Made by a program: the position numbers and the translations under genes
Notes under the pieces: model-generated
What the model was told of the DNA's origin: nothing
Seen by the model: the letters and a program-made list of their open reading frames with translations, nothing else
Database searches by the model: none
From: Sphaerodactylus townsendi
Taxonomy: Eukaryota
DNA length: 64,000 nt
Assembly (NCBI RefSeq): GCF_021028975.2
Contig: NC_059426.1
Span: 19,406,001 to 19,470,000 of the forward strand
Reading direction: 5' to 3'
In this document: piece by piece, positions 27,774 to 54,628 of the stretch
Position numbering within the stretch: position 1 is the first letter of the stretch
Layout of the letters: the number at the start of each line of letters is the position of its first letter

Positions 27774-29429
27774 TGCAGCAAAGGCTAGAAAAGAAACACT
27801 CTTCAGTACTTCAAACCTTATACCTGCAAAAATGTACTTAAGCAGCTTTCTACATTTTCTTTTTTAATACTTGCCAAGTAGATTTCACAGATTTTAGAGA
27901 CCAAAGCCTGTTCCCGCTTGGAATTAAACACTCCCAGCCAGGCCTTCTGAACACCCTGCTCTTCCATCACAAAAAAAGAAAATTTTCATTATATTATTAT
28001 TCAATTCATATTTAAATGGAATATTAGTTAACATGACTTAAATTGATACCAAGTAACTATCAGAAAGAAAGGAAGTTTTAATTTGTAAGTTGCCAGTGAC
28101 ACAATTATGGTAAAAATACTAATAGACCAGAAATAAACAGAAAGTAGAAAGACCAAATTACATAATGTTTGTTTTATTACGGTTACTACATATATTAATG
28201 ACCAGGTCCTTTCCCACTGCTGATCGCTCATTTTAAATATTTTACTTTTCATTCTTTTCCGTTGATTCCAGTCACATTCATTTCAGTAAGGGTTTAAGGG
28301 TCCACAAATTACACTTTGGTACATATCATGCTAATGAGAATTATACACAAGTGTCCGGTAAAAATGTTGTTCCAACAACATATTGTTCCTAATTTATTAC
28401 GATCAGAGTTTATTAGGATCAAAGTTTTGTTTATAATGCAAATATAACTGAATTAATTCTTTTACTTCCAAGAGTCTTTCGTGCAGTGGTATCCTAGACA
28501 TTTTATGAATATGCACATTCCATTTAGTGCACTGTAGAGATGAACACTATCATCACAATACAGAGTTCAAAGATAACTCATTCATATTTATATGGAATGG
28601 GACAGACTAATGAAATACATCTTGGCAAACCGGAGCACAGGAAAACAGGGCTTTTTAACCCTATCATGTAAGCTGCCCTGGGACTTCGGTGTAGGGCAGG
28701 ATATAAATGGAATAAATGAATAATAAAACGGCAAAGTTTGGCCACCCCTGGTTTAGAACATCAGCAGAATCTCTCATTTTGAGAGATTTTTATTTCTTCA
28801 ATTTTATTCAGAAGCACTTTCTTGGAAAATACTCATATTAGTCTACGACAGGAAATTGCAGGGTGACCTTGGGCTGCTCATGCACTGTCAACGTAACCTC
28901 CCTGACAGGGCTGTTGTGAAGACAAATAGAAGGGGAAAACGTTGCAAACTGCTTTTAAGTCCCTATTGGGGAGAAAACTAGGGGATAAATAAAGTAAATA
29001 AACAATAGTGACCCTTTACAGATTACGGCATTAGGGTAAGTAAACATTTTATTTCAACGTGAACTTGCACAACTTGCACCCCACTTTGTCAGATAGGGAT
29101 CCAAGGAATCTACACCCGCAACTTTCCTCATAAGACCTCCCAGGACGATTTTCCTTCACCCTCTTTCATCTATCTGACGAAGGGGTAGTGAGTCACAAAA
29201 CCATCTTTTAGAATAAACGTTATCAGCCTTTCGTGCACCACTGACTGGACTGGTGTTTCATGAGCAATCCAATTTTATCACCCTCTCAATGCGCCAGAGG
29301 GGTTCCTGTTTTATTTTGGTACCCAGCTAATCCCTGCCTGGAACCATCATCTTGCAAAAATAACTGCAATTTTGGTTTTTAAAAAAATAGATCCTGAAGG
29401 GAAGGAGGAGTCACTTGAGGAGAAGGGCT

Positions 29430-29965
29430 AGGACGGCGGGTGGCCGGCCGTGCCCCACACAGGGCTGGACTGGACTGGGCTTGGCATGTCCGGTCTCCAC
29501 TACCACTATCCTTCCCTTCGCCCAAACCAGGGACACCCCTGCAGGGAAAGTGACAGGAATTCACTCCGCGACCGCCTCAGGTCTAGCCAAGGCGGTTTTT
29601 GCCCGGGGAGGCAGGCCGGGCACGCGCCACCTCCGCCCTCCTTCCTTCCAGCGCCCGCCCGCAGCAACATTCGACTGCCGCGCGCCCGAGCCCTGCCAGG
29701 GAAAGTCAAAGGGAGCGAAGTGGTGGGGGGGGGGAGGGGAAGAGGGAGGAGGAAATTCAGAACGAGTCTACTCAACCTCGTCTTGGCTCTGGCAAACTCC
29801 ACCATGGAGACCGCGAGGCCGCCCGTACGGCGCAGGCGCGGCCTCTGAGCGTTCCGGCGCTTAAACGCGAAGGCGCTTTTCTAATTTTGGGCTCCAATGG
29901 GGCTCCGTAGAACCCGCAAGTGGCGGGGTGTGTGCGTGGTTTTCCCGAAGGGGCGTCAAACGCAG
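29430..29965. promoter_or_regulatory. CpG island; probable CARF promoter and non-coding first exon
   Basis: Dense CpG and GC boxes in a CpG-depleted background, about 1.7 kb upstream of CARF coding exon 1. Confidence 0.75.
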
Positions 29966-29969
29966 GGAT

Positions 29970-30210
29970 ATTATATAGTCTATTTATTTCACGCTTATCG
30001 TTTTATGTGCAGTTTATTATATTTATAGATTATTTATAGTTTACAGTTAGGTTTATAGTTTATTTCGCGTTTATCATTTTATTTATAGTTTATTATAGTT
30101 ATAGATTATAGTTCATAATTAGATTTATAGTTTATTTCACATTTATAGTTTTATTTATGGTTTATTATATTTATAGATTGTTTATAGTAATATTTATAAT
30201 TTATTTATTT
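29970..30210. repeat. Degenerate (TTTATAG)n AT-rich repeat
   Basis: Read directly. Confidence 0.85.
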
Positions 30211-30551
30211 CACCCCGCTGTTTCCCCCAAAGTGGCTTTCATCATTTATCCTCCCTGCGTTGTGAAACTATCGGGTGCTAAACTGTATCGGATTGCACTG
30301 TTTGTCTATTGCAGAACTATAAATTGATTTTTTTTTTAAATACAAGACTCTAAAGCCCTGGGGATTAAAAAAAATGTTTTTGTGGTTGGATGTCACAAGA
30401 CTGGGGTTTTTAGTACTTTTCATTTTTTTTAAACAAAATCCTTTCAAAAGTGTCAGATAATAGCATGTATTAATGGTATAGCGCTAAAATGGTATGAAAT
30501 AGTATATATAATGGTATAGCGCTAAAATGGTATTAAATAGTATACAGGCTG

Positions 30552-30700
30552 GTTGTTGTGGGCTTTCCAGGCTGTGTGGCCATGGTCTGGTAGATCTTGT
30601 TCCTAACGGTTTGCCTGCATCTGTGGCTGGCATCTTCAGAGGTGTATCACAGAGATAAGTGTTCACAGTTGAGCCCAACCGTGAAACCCTTCGATAATAC
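30552..30700 (-). mobile_element. Penelope-like 3' end fragment with mutated hammerhead core
   Basis: Minus strand CTGAAGATGCCAGCCACAGATGCAGGCAAACCGTTAGG; perfect 13-bp flanking repeat AGTATACAGGCTG (30539-30551, 30701-30713). Confidence 0.7.
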
Positions 30701-31496
30701 AGTATACAGGCTGTTTTTGTATTATTTTGATTGACCTTGATCAAATAAAATGGATTTGTTTTTGGACTTTAAAAAAACTCAGGCAACTTGGAAACTCCTA
30801 CCTTTTATAAAGAAAGGTGCCTGCGCTGTTCCTGGTTCCGATTAGAACTCTTCATATGAGGGTTAAAAGCTGTGCAAATATGTAGGAATGGGTGTTAAAA
30901 ATATATTAAAAGAAGCCAGTATGAAGATGTTACACAAAGTTGAGATGCTTCAACATCTTTTCCACCCCCGAACAGTTATTTTACTTGTTCGATGACTATG
31001 TTCTTGACTGCACTAGAGGGATTTGAAATATTTAAAGAAAAAAAGTAACCAAGGATTATTGGTGAATGTGGTAAGGAAAGAGGTAGCCAAGAAATTTAAA
31101 AACTGTCGTTAAGCATTTGAAGTTGTCACAGTAAATTATCTTAGCAAAATATGGAGAAACCCCCCACCCCACCCTACCCTACCCTATTATAGGTTTATGT
31201 ATCTAGGGAATTATTTTCTCTGTTTTTCTTGCCCTGGTGTGTTTCGATGGTGCAATTGCTTAGGTGGACAGGTTGCTGTTAGGGATGTCAGCCTCCTCCA
31301 GGTGTGATCAGAGAATCCCCGGAATTATAGCTAATATCCAGACGACACAGAGATCAATTTCCCTGGAGAAGATGAATGCTTTGCAGGATGGTCTGTATGC
31401 CATTATACCCCACTGGGGTTCCTGCCCCCCCCCCCAGCTTCATCCCCAAATCTCCCCCCTCCTTCGCATTTTGTTTTCCTTGCCCATCCCCTTAGA

Positions 31497-31622
31497 CAGG
31501 GGTCTGAAACCTGTGGCTCTCCAGATGTTCATGGACTACAATTCCCAATTGGCCGTGCTGGCAGGGGCTGATGGGAATTGTAGTCCATGAACATCTGGAG
31601 AGGCACAGGTTGCAGACCCCTG
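31497..31622. mobile_element. Hairpin hAT MITE
   Basis: CAGGGGTCTG...CAGACCCCTG with CCTTAGA flanks. Confidence 0.85.
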
Positions 31623-31982
31623 CCTTAGATAAAAGGTCTATAAAGTGAGAATCCACTCCTGAAAAAGTGGGCTTTTAGTCCATTGAACGCTTCCGCCAGA
31701 ACCGCAGTTTTCAAATCCCGCCTTTAAAAAGCCGCAAAACTCGTGTTTATTTCAACAGTGGAAAGGAGGGAGGGTGGAAGGAGAAAGAAAACGGGAGCTG
31801 GCAAGAGTAGAGCAGGCAGCCAATCAGAATTCGAGGCGTTTGGGCTTTAACAACAGACGGTGGTAGTCGATCGCCGAGCGAGAGATCGGTCCAGGAAGGA
31901 GGGTGAGCTCTCGGCCACGTGGGGACGGTGTTGCTGGCGCTAGAGACGCGGAAAGCTTTTTTCCCCATCTTGAGCAGTAGCA

Positions 31983-47686
<15,704 letters not shown>

Positions 47687-48568
47687 AAACATCTCTGGTT
47701 TTCTGTCAGACTACATTTTCTTCTACAGTTTTGTTTGTTTTTGTAACCTGTTTTGAAATATCCATAGAAAAAGTGCTTAGTGTTAGTTTATAACTAAGTT
47801 CTGTTTCTTTGGTTGTCTTGCCCAGGGTGTGGGTGGGAGGGGTTGACAACAGCATGTTTTTGTACTTAAAGGCAGATGAGTAAAGTAACATGCTTAACTA
47901 TTATCTGAACAACTTATATACGCTGTAGTGAGAGATTTACTTTATGTAACTATACAGTTGTTGTTTTTTTAAATTAAATTATGATATCGCCCTTCTGCCA
48001 GATTTCTATTAGGTTTAGTAGGAACATCAGGTGGCTGCAGATGAACTCACTACTCATTTGAGGTTCCAGTAAAAAGCACAGGAAATTCCTTAACACAGTT
48101 ATTATAATGCAGCATGCTGAACACCTCATTCAACAAACTTCAAGAGGTTTCTTTGTGCTGGGGATGTTAAAGTTGACTGTTGAACTGGAAAGACTCCCAC
48201 TCCTGCAAGGAGCCATTATATTTTAATTCATTCTCAAGTTGCTGCATCCTCTGCTGAAACAATCAAGTTTATCATTCTCACTTTGGTGATATATATTCTA
48301 AAACTGGAATGATACAGAAAAGATATTCAGTTGGTACCGCAAGGTAATTTCATCCGGTCTTATACATGAAAGCGGTAGCTAAATCTTTACAAAGACTTAA
48401 CCTGAAGTTCTGTTCACTGTTTTCTGGGGGAGCTGTCAGTCAGGGATGCTTTAGCTTTGGACAGAGGCAGGTGGGGAAGTTAAAATGGCAAAGGATAAAG
48501 GCAAGCTGAGCAGACACGCCCCCCCCAGTCAACACAAGAAGGTTCACTTGGCTCAGATTCCGCTAGTG

Positions 48569-48967
48569 CAGGGGTAGGGAACCTGCGCCTCGAGAGCCAC
48601 ATGCGGCTCTTCTGCCCTTGCATTGCGGCTCCACGAGCCGAGCCGCCAGCCCCATCCTTGCCCGCCCTGCAGGCAGCAGGGCGGGCGCACCAACTGCTCG
48701 TGGTTGAATGGGCCGCACCGCGGGCTTCCCCTCTCGCCCGCCCTGTTGGAGCTGGGTAGGCACTTTCCCAGCAGCCAGCGAGGCAGAGCCACCGGCTTCA
48801 TCCTTGCCCTTCTCAGAATGAGCGGAGTAAAAGGTTAAAAAAACCCAATATATACAGTGTTATCTTTATTTTAAATGTCAAAAATTATTTGTGGCTCCAA
48901 GTGTTTTCTTTTCCCGTGGAAAACAGGACCAAATGGCTCTTTGAGTGTTAAAGGTTCCCTACCCCTA
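48569..48967. mobile_element. hAT (Charlie-like) MITE
   Basis: TIRs CAGGGGTAGGGAACCT / AGGTTCCCTACCCCT; 8-bp TSD CGCTAGTG/CCCTAGTG. Confidence 0.85.
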
Positions 48968-49617
48968 CCCTAGTGCAACCAACCATGGCAGTTGCAGGAG
49001 GAAGCAATTGCTGATATGGCAATAATCGTGGTTGCCACTGAAAGGTCCAAACCAGGTGTAGTCTGTAGTGACAGTAAAATCCCTGGGCCCCAGTGAGAGG
49101 TTCACAATCTAGTCCGCTCAGACACTAAATTTTAAGACCTTATTATGACATGGTTGAAGAATCCTTACTAACTGCAAAGTCACAAAGGATTCTTTTGAAC
49201 CCCACCCTATAAATACATGTATTTATTCTTCATTTTACATCACTGTAACATTGTTTGGTTTGCATCACTAACATCGTATGGCATGGCAATACAAACGATG
49301 ACCAGCCTGTCCCAGTTCTGGATTTCCTGCATTGAACAAAGACGGCTGATCCAGTCGCATTATCACTGTGTACCAAAATATACAAAGTGTGAGTGCAATA
49401 AACATTTGTTGCAAATATGTCTGTCGGACAGAAATACTCATTTGGATTAGGATGGGACAAACTGGGATGGCCCTTGTGAAAATGGAGAATGTAAAACAAC
49501 TGAAGGCAAATTCAGCATTACCAAAATTTCCTCCACTAAGCTGGTGCCAGGAGTCTTGAGGAGGGCCTTTTGAATGCCAGGAAAAGCTGGGGACACTGGG
49601 GAAAAGAAGAATGATTG

Positions 49618-49810
49618 AATCATAGAATAATACAGTTGGAAGAGAGCGCAAGGGCCATCAAGTCCAACCCCCTGCCATGCAGGAACACACAATCAAAGCA
49701 CTCCCGACATATGCTCATCCAGCCTCTATTTAAAAACCTCCAAAGGAGGAGATTCCACCACTCTCCTAGGCAGTGAATTCCACTGTTAAATAGCCCTGAT
49801 GGTCAGAAAG
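49618..49810 (-). mobile_element. CR1 LINE 3' end
   Basis: ATCATAGAAT...AGTTGGAAG...GGCCATCAAGTCCAACCCC, a typical CR1 terminus. Confidence 0.8.
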
Positions 49811-50611
49811 AAAGCTGAGCCCCGCCTTTCTGCTAAAACCATCAGCAGGGCCAGGGACAGATCTACAGAAAATGGCTCCCAGGGCAATCAGTGAAATTGG
49901 ACTCCCCTCCATAATTGACCCTTTGAAAGATGGTGAGGGCTGAGAGATTGACTGTGGGGCGGGGTGTTCATTCTTGGCATTAGTCGAGTCTTCCAGCCAG
50001 GCCTGACTGCCTTCAGTGGCTGCCCCCACTGGTGTGAAACCTGAAGGTTTCCCACTGGCCAGCAGAGTCCCAATAGTGCCATAAAAACATCAGAAGAGCC
50101 CTACTGGATCAGACCCCAGACCCATCTAGTCCAGCATTCTGCGTAGGAAGTCCATGAGCAGGGAGACTAGCTGTGTTAATGAAGGAAGACACACACTGAG
50201 AAGACTGGAAAGTCACATTGTGGGAAGGAAGGACTCACACACACAAACACAATGTGGGAAGGGACAGACATGAAGAAAAAAGGCAGACAGACAGAATGGC
50301 AGAAAGCCCCATCCTGTATAACCCTTGAAGCCCTGGTAGATGGCAGAGGCCAGCGCAGGCGGGCAGAACAGGGGCTGCAGGGGTCTCAAGACAGCAGTCC
50401 CCCCTCCCCTTCCTCAAGGATGCTGGCAGGAATGGAAAGCGCTGGGAGGCTAAGCAGGCCAGAGAGCTGGGGGGAGGAGGCGGGGAGAGGGAGGGAAAAG
50501 CTGACGCTTCTCCCCCCACCCCTGGCACGCTGCTGGGAGGCTTCCCAGCTCCAGTATGGCTGTTTCCCCAAATATGTGTGTGTGTGCGTGGGAGTTGCTG
50601 CTGTTGGAGAT

Positions 50612-50860
50612 GGAGCAGCAGTGGTGTAATGGTTAAGAGAAGGTGTACTCTAATCTGGAGGAATCGGGTTGGATTCCCTGCTCTGCCGCCTGAGCTGTGG
50701 AGGCTTATCTGGGAAATCCAGATTAGCCTGTACACTCCAACACGTGCCAGCTGTGTGACCTTGGGCTAATCACAGCTCTATGGAGCTCTGTGTCCCACCT
50801 ACCTCCCAGGGTGTTTGTTATGAGGGAGGAAGGGAAAGGAGATTGTCAGCCCCTTTGAGG
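50612..50860 (+). mobile_element. tRNA-derived squamate SINE
   Basis: Same family as 33871-34162. Confidence 0.8.
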
Positions 50861-51239
50861 AGAGGCACTGCAGGAAACCAGCAAGGCCTCATCTGCTCAC
50901 AGGTCTGAAAAGTCAGCAGGCACCAGAATGAGAGGATTACCCCGAAGGGCTTTAGCAGAAGAGCCACGAGACTGAGCCAGGGAAGGATCCAGGATTGGGG
51001 AAAGGGTATAGAGGGGTTGAGGATCTGGATGGTGGAGCAGGATTGGCCCACAGAGCCTTGGACCAGCACAGGGCCTGTCAGCTGTGGGAAGAGCTCCCAG
51101 GGGCATGCCAGCCTCGAGAAGCCCGGTCTGAGGACAGAGGAAAGGCATCTCCACCCCCAGGGAATGGGGTTGCAAGCAGCGCCAGGGTGCTGGGTCAACA
51201 CAAAGAGGCTGCAGAAAGCTCCAAAAGGATTCCTTCAAA

Positions 51240-51450
51240 CTGAGGATTGGACATTAAAATGGCAAACGAGATTCAACCCAAGCAAGTGTACAGGAATGAG
51301 GATAGGGGCAAAAAAACAAATCCCCATTTCAAATATGCACTGACAACAACTAAGGGATCTTGGGGTATTAGTGGATAGGAATAAAATATCCACCCGGGGT
51401 AAAGCTGTTGTGAAAAAGGCAAACTCCATGCTGATCAAAATTAGAGTTGG
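51240..51450 (+). mobile_element. CR1 ORF2 fragment
   Basis: W..KWQ.RFN.SKC and RDLGVLVD...KKANSML motifs. Confidence 0.7.
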
Positions 51451-52868
51451 AATACAGAATCAGGCGTAAGGGGGAGCGTGAGGATGCTGGAGCCCCCAGC
51501 ACAGTTTTAATTTGTCACATGGGGGCTTGTCACCCGCCCCCTTCCTCCTCCCCCAGCGCAGATCACTGAATCAGAGCATGTTCCTGCCAGAATAGGAAGT
51601 TTTTGCTGCCCGACTGCTTCATGGAGCCAGCTGCATGGGACCCAGATATCCAGAGCCCTTGATAGCTGCAGGGACAGCTGGCTATGAGGCTCTCAGAGGC
51701 GCCCGTCCCATGTGGTCCTCTCTCTATGCACTCTGTGCTTACATGTGGCCTCCAGCAAGGGGGCCGCCAGCTCCAAGGTGGGTAAGGGTCTGTTGCTAGT
51801 AGGGAAGGGAGGGAAGTTAGGCAGCAATGAAACAGGAAGGGATGCCCACAGTCCCTGGCCCTTAGGAGGCATCCATAGAGCAAGCCTACCCTGCTTAGCC
51901 AAGGAGGCAAGTTGGTGTTTCACCCTTCACAGCTCCTTTCTCGATGGAGGAAACCAGTCAGGGGTTCCTCCCTCTTCCAGGTGAGGTGGTTTGAGGGGAG
52001 AGGCTGGGGACGCCCACAACCAAAAACAGGAGGGGTATTTTGCAGGGGTGCGGAGCTTTTGCTCGCCTCTTCCTGTGGAGCCCTTCTTTGTCTTCCTTTT
52101 CTCCTCAGTCTTTCTCTTTTTTTCTATTCCATCCTTCCCAAACTCGTTCTTTCTGCCTGTCTGCCTTACTTCCCACAGTAAATTTGTTCTTTCTTTCTGG
52201 AAGTGAATACACCCCACCTGTGAGAGCTGTGGTTCATTTTCAGGTGCCAGCCCACAATTTAAGACATCTGGGTCTAATGATACCTTGCAATTTATTGGAT
52301 TTTATAACAGAATTATTCCTTCCCCGCACAATTCCCTCCAAATTATGTTGTGCCATTGATGGGTCAGTATGTTACTCTAAGCTTTGTGTTGCTTCCAGTC
52401 AGGCAGCTGCTTCATTCCTCAATGCACCAAAGTGTGTTTCACCAGGTGTACATGCACCAAAATGCACACACAACAAAAAATATCAGTTGCCCTAAGAACT
52501 TGGTCATGAGGCAGTTTCTCCATGCTCTGTCAGAATCACAACAGAAAACAAAAGCAAGGAAAGAACCTTGAACATACATGAAAACAATGAACTGACAGTA
52601 TATGGAAGCAACCCATTTGTCTACCAAGGCCAGCATCTTCTGATTTACAATGACTCTACAGGGTTTCAGTTTGAGGTCTGTCTTAATTGGAGATTCCAAG
52701 GATTGAACATGGAATATCCTGCATACAAGTAAGTTCTCCAGAACAGAGCCTTGGCTCTCCTCACCTTTATATCATGTCATTTTTGAAACGTCAGATCTAA
52801 ACATGAAGTAGCATCTATGGCCACTCCAGAAAATCCTGTACTTGCAACAGTTACAGAACAAAGACCGG

Positions 52869-54628
52869 CTAAGTTGGCAAGCAGAAAGTTTCGGGCCAGA
52901 TTGCTAAATCTCTTTCCATATTCTGAGCACTCATTTTCTTCCGTGTGGTTCGTCTGATGCTGTTGAACAGCCCCTCTGACTGAATCTCCACATTCCAAGC
53001 ATATATATGGGCTCTCTCTGTATTCTTTGGTGTTATTGAAGAGCACCACTCTAATTTTCTTTTCACTCTCAGATCATTCAAAAAGTCTCTCCGTGAGGTT
53101 GTTCGATGTCGCTGAAGAGTGCCACTATCACTGAATCGCTTCCCACATTCTGGGCATTCAAAAGGTTTCTCCTTTGTGTGAATTCTCTGATGCTGTTGAA
53201 GATGGCTACTCTGACTGAATTTTTTTCCACACTCAAAACATTCAAAAGGTCTCTCATTTGTGTGAGTTCTTTGATGCCGTTGAAGAGTGCTACTCCAACT
53301 GAATCTCTTTCCACACTCTGGGCATTCAAAAGGTCTCTCATTTGTGTGAGTTCTTCGATGCTGTTGAAGAGTGCTACTCTGACTGAATCTATTTCCACAC
53401 TCGAAACATTCAAAAGGTCTTTCATTTGTGTGAGTTCTTTGATGCCGTTGAAGAGTGCTACTCCAATTGAATCTCTTTCCACACTCGAAACATTCAAAAG
53501 GTCTCTCATTTGTGTGAGTTCTTCGATGCTGTTGAAGATGGCTACTCCGACTGAATCTATTTCCACACTCGAAACATTCAAAAGGTCTTTCATTTGTGTG
53601 AGTTCTTTGATGGCATTGAAGATTGCTACTCCGACTGAATCTCTTTCCACACTCTGGGCATTCAAAAGGTCTCTCATTTGTGTGAGTTCTTTGATGCTGT
53701 AGAAGAGTGCTATTCTGACTGAATCTTTTTCCACACTCTGGACATTCAAAACGTCTCTCATTTGTGTGAGTTCTTTGATGCCGATGAAGATGGCTACTTT
53801 GACGGAATCTCTTTTCACACTCTGGACATTCAAAAGATCTCTCATTTGTGTGAGTTCTCTGATGCTGTTGAAAAATGTTACTCCGATTGAATCCCTTACC
53901 ACACTCTGCGCGTTCAAAAGATTTCTCATTTGTGTGAGTTCTTTGATGCCGGTGAAGATGGCTACTTTGACTGAATCTCTTTCCACACTCCGGGCATTCA
54001 AAAGGTTTCTCTCTTGTGTGGGTTCTTTGGTGCACAAGGAGCTTTGATCTACAGCTGAAGAACTTTCCACACTGATAGCATTTTTGTGCTCTCATTATAC
54101 TGTGTTTTGGAATATGAACATTACTCTTTTTTCTACCAGAAAATGTCCTTTTCCTCTTTAAGCAGATTAATGTCTTCTTTCCTGAATTAGTCCTCTGGTG
54201 TTGAAAGAAATCTGATTTTTGTGAGAAGTTCTTGCCACAGCTTGAGGAACTATAAGATTTCTCTCCTTGATGTGTTCTTTGATGCCTCAGGAGCTTTGCT
54301 CTGCAAAGGAAAGTCTTGCAACACTCCAAACACTGATGGGTCTTCTTTGCACTGTGTATTTGCAAATGGATTGCATACTGGCTGTGATCTGAGAAGTTAA
54401 TTCTACATTCCAAGCACTCATATGTTTCTGCTAGTGTGTGGATTACTTCATGGCAATCCTGTCCTTGGCTGGGAATGGGTTCATCCCTCTTCTCAGTCAT
54501 GTGACCTCCTGTCTGCTTTTCTGGTTTGCTTTGATTCCTGATTTTTCCTTTCAAATCTCCATTCTTCACTTTCTCTGGCAATAACTCATACACTTGCTCA
54601 TTGCCCTCAGTCCACTGCTCATCTCTTG
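52869..54628 (-). CDS. ZNF terminal exon with about 12 intact C2H2 fingers plus degenerate ones
   Basis: 597-aa ORF; TTTTATTCCAG acceptor; repeated [19 protein letters not shown]. Confidence 0.93.

Noticed and set aside
29170-29255. Hammerhead-like CTGACGA (similar remnants at about 30610-30640 and 31657-31695)
   Set aside because: The GAAA or CUGANGA core is mutated; these are dead Penelope-like end remnants.
29379-29910. Overlapping ORFs in the CpG island
   Set aside because: GC-rich, stop-poor sequence with no recognisable protein.
47870-47980. WDR12 polyA signal (AGTAAA or ATTAAA candidates)
   Set aside because: The variants cannot be distinguished without 3'-end data.
53100-54010. CRISPR-like regular repeats
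   Set aside because: These are coding C2H2 units with no unique spacers and no cas genes, in a vertebrate locus.
53078-54070. 330-aa alternative-frame ORF and antisense ORFs over the finger array
   Set aside because: They are by-products of a homogenised 84-bp repeat whose unit lacks stops in those frames.
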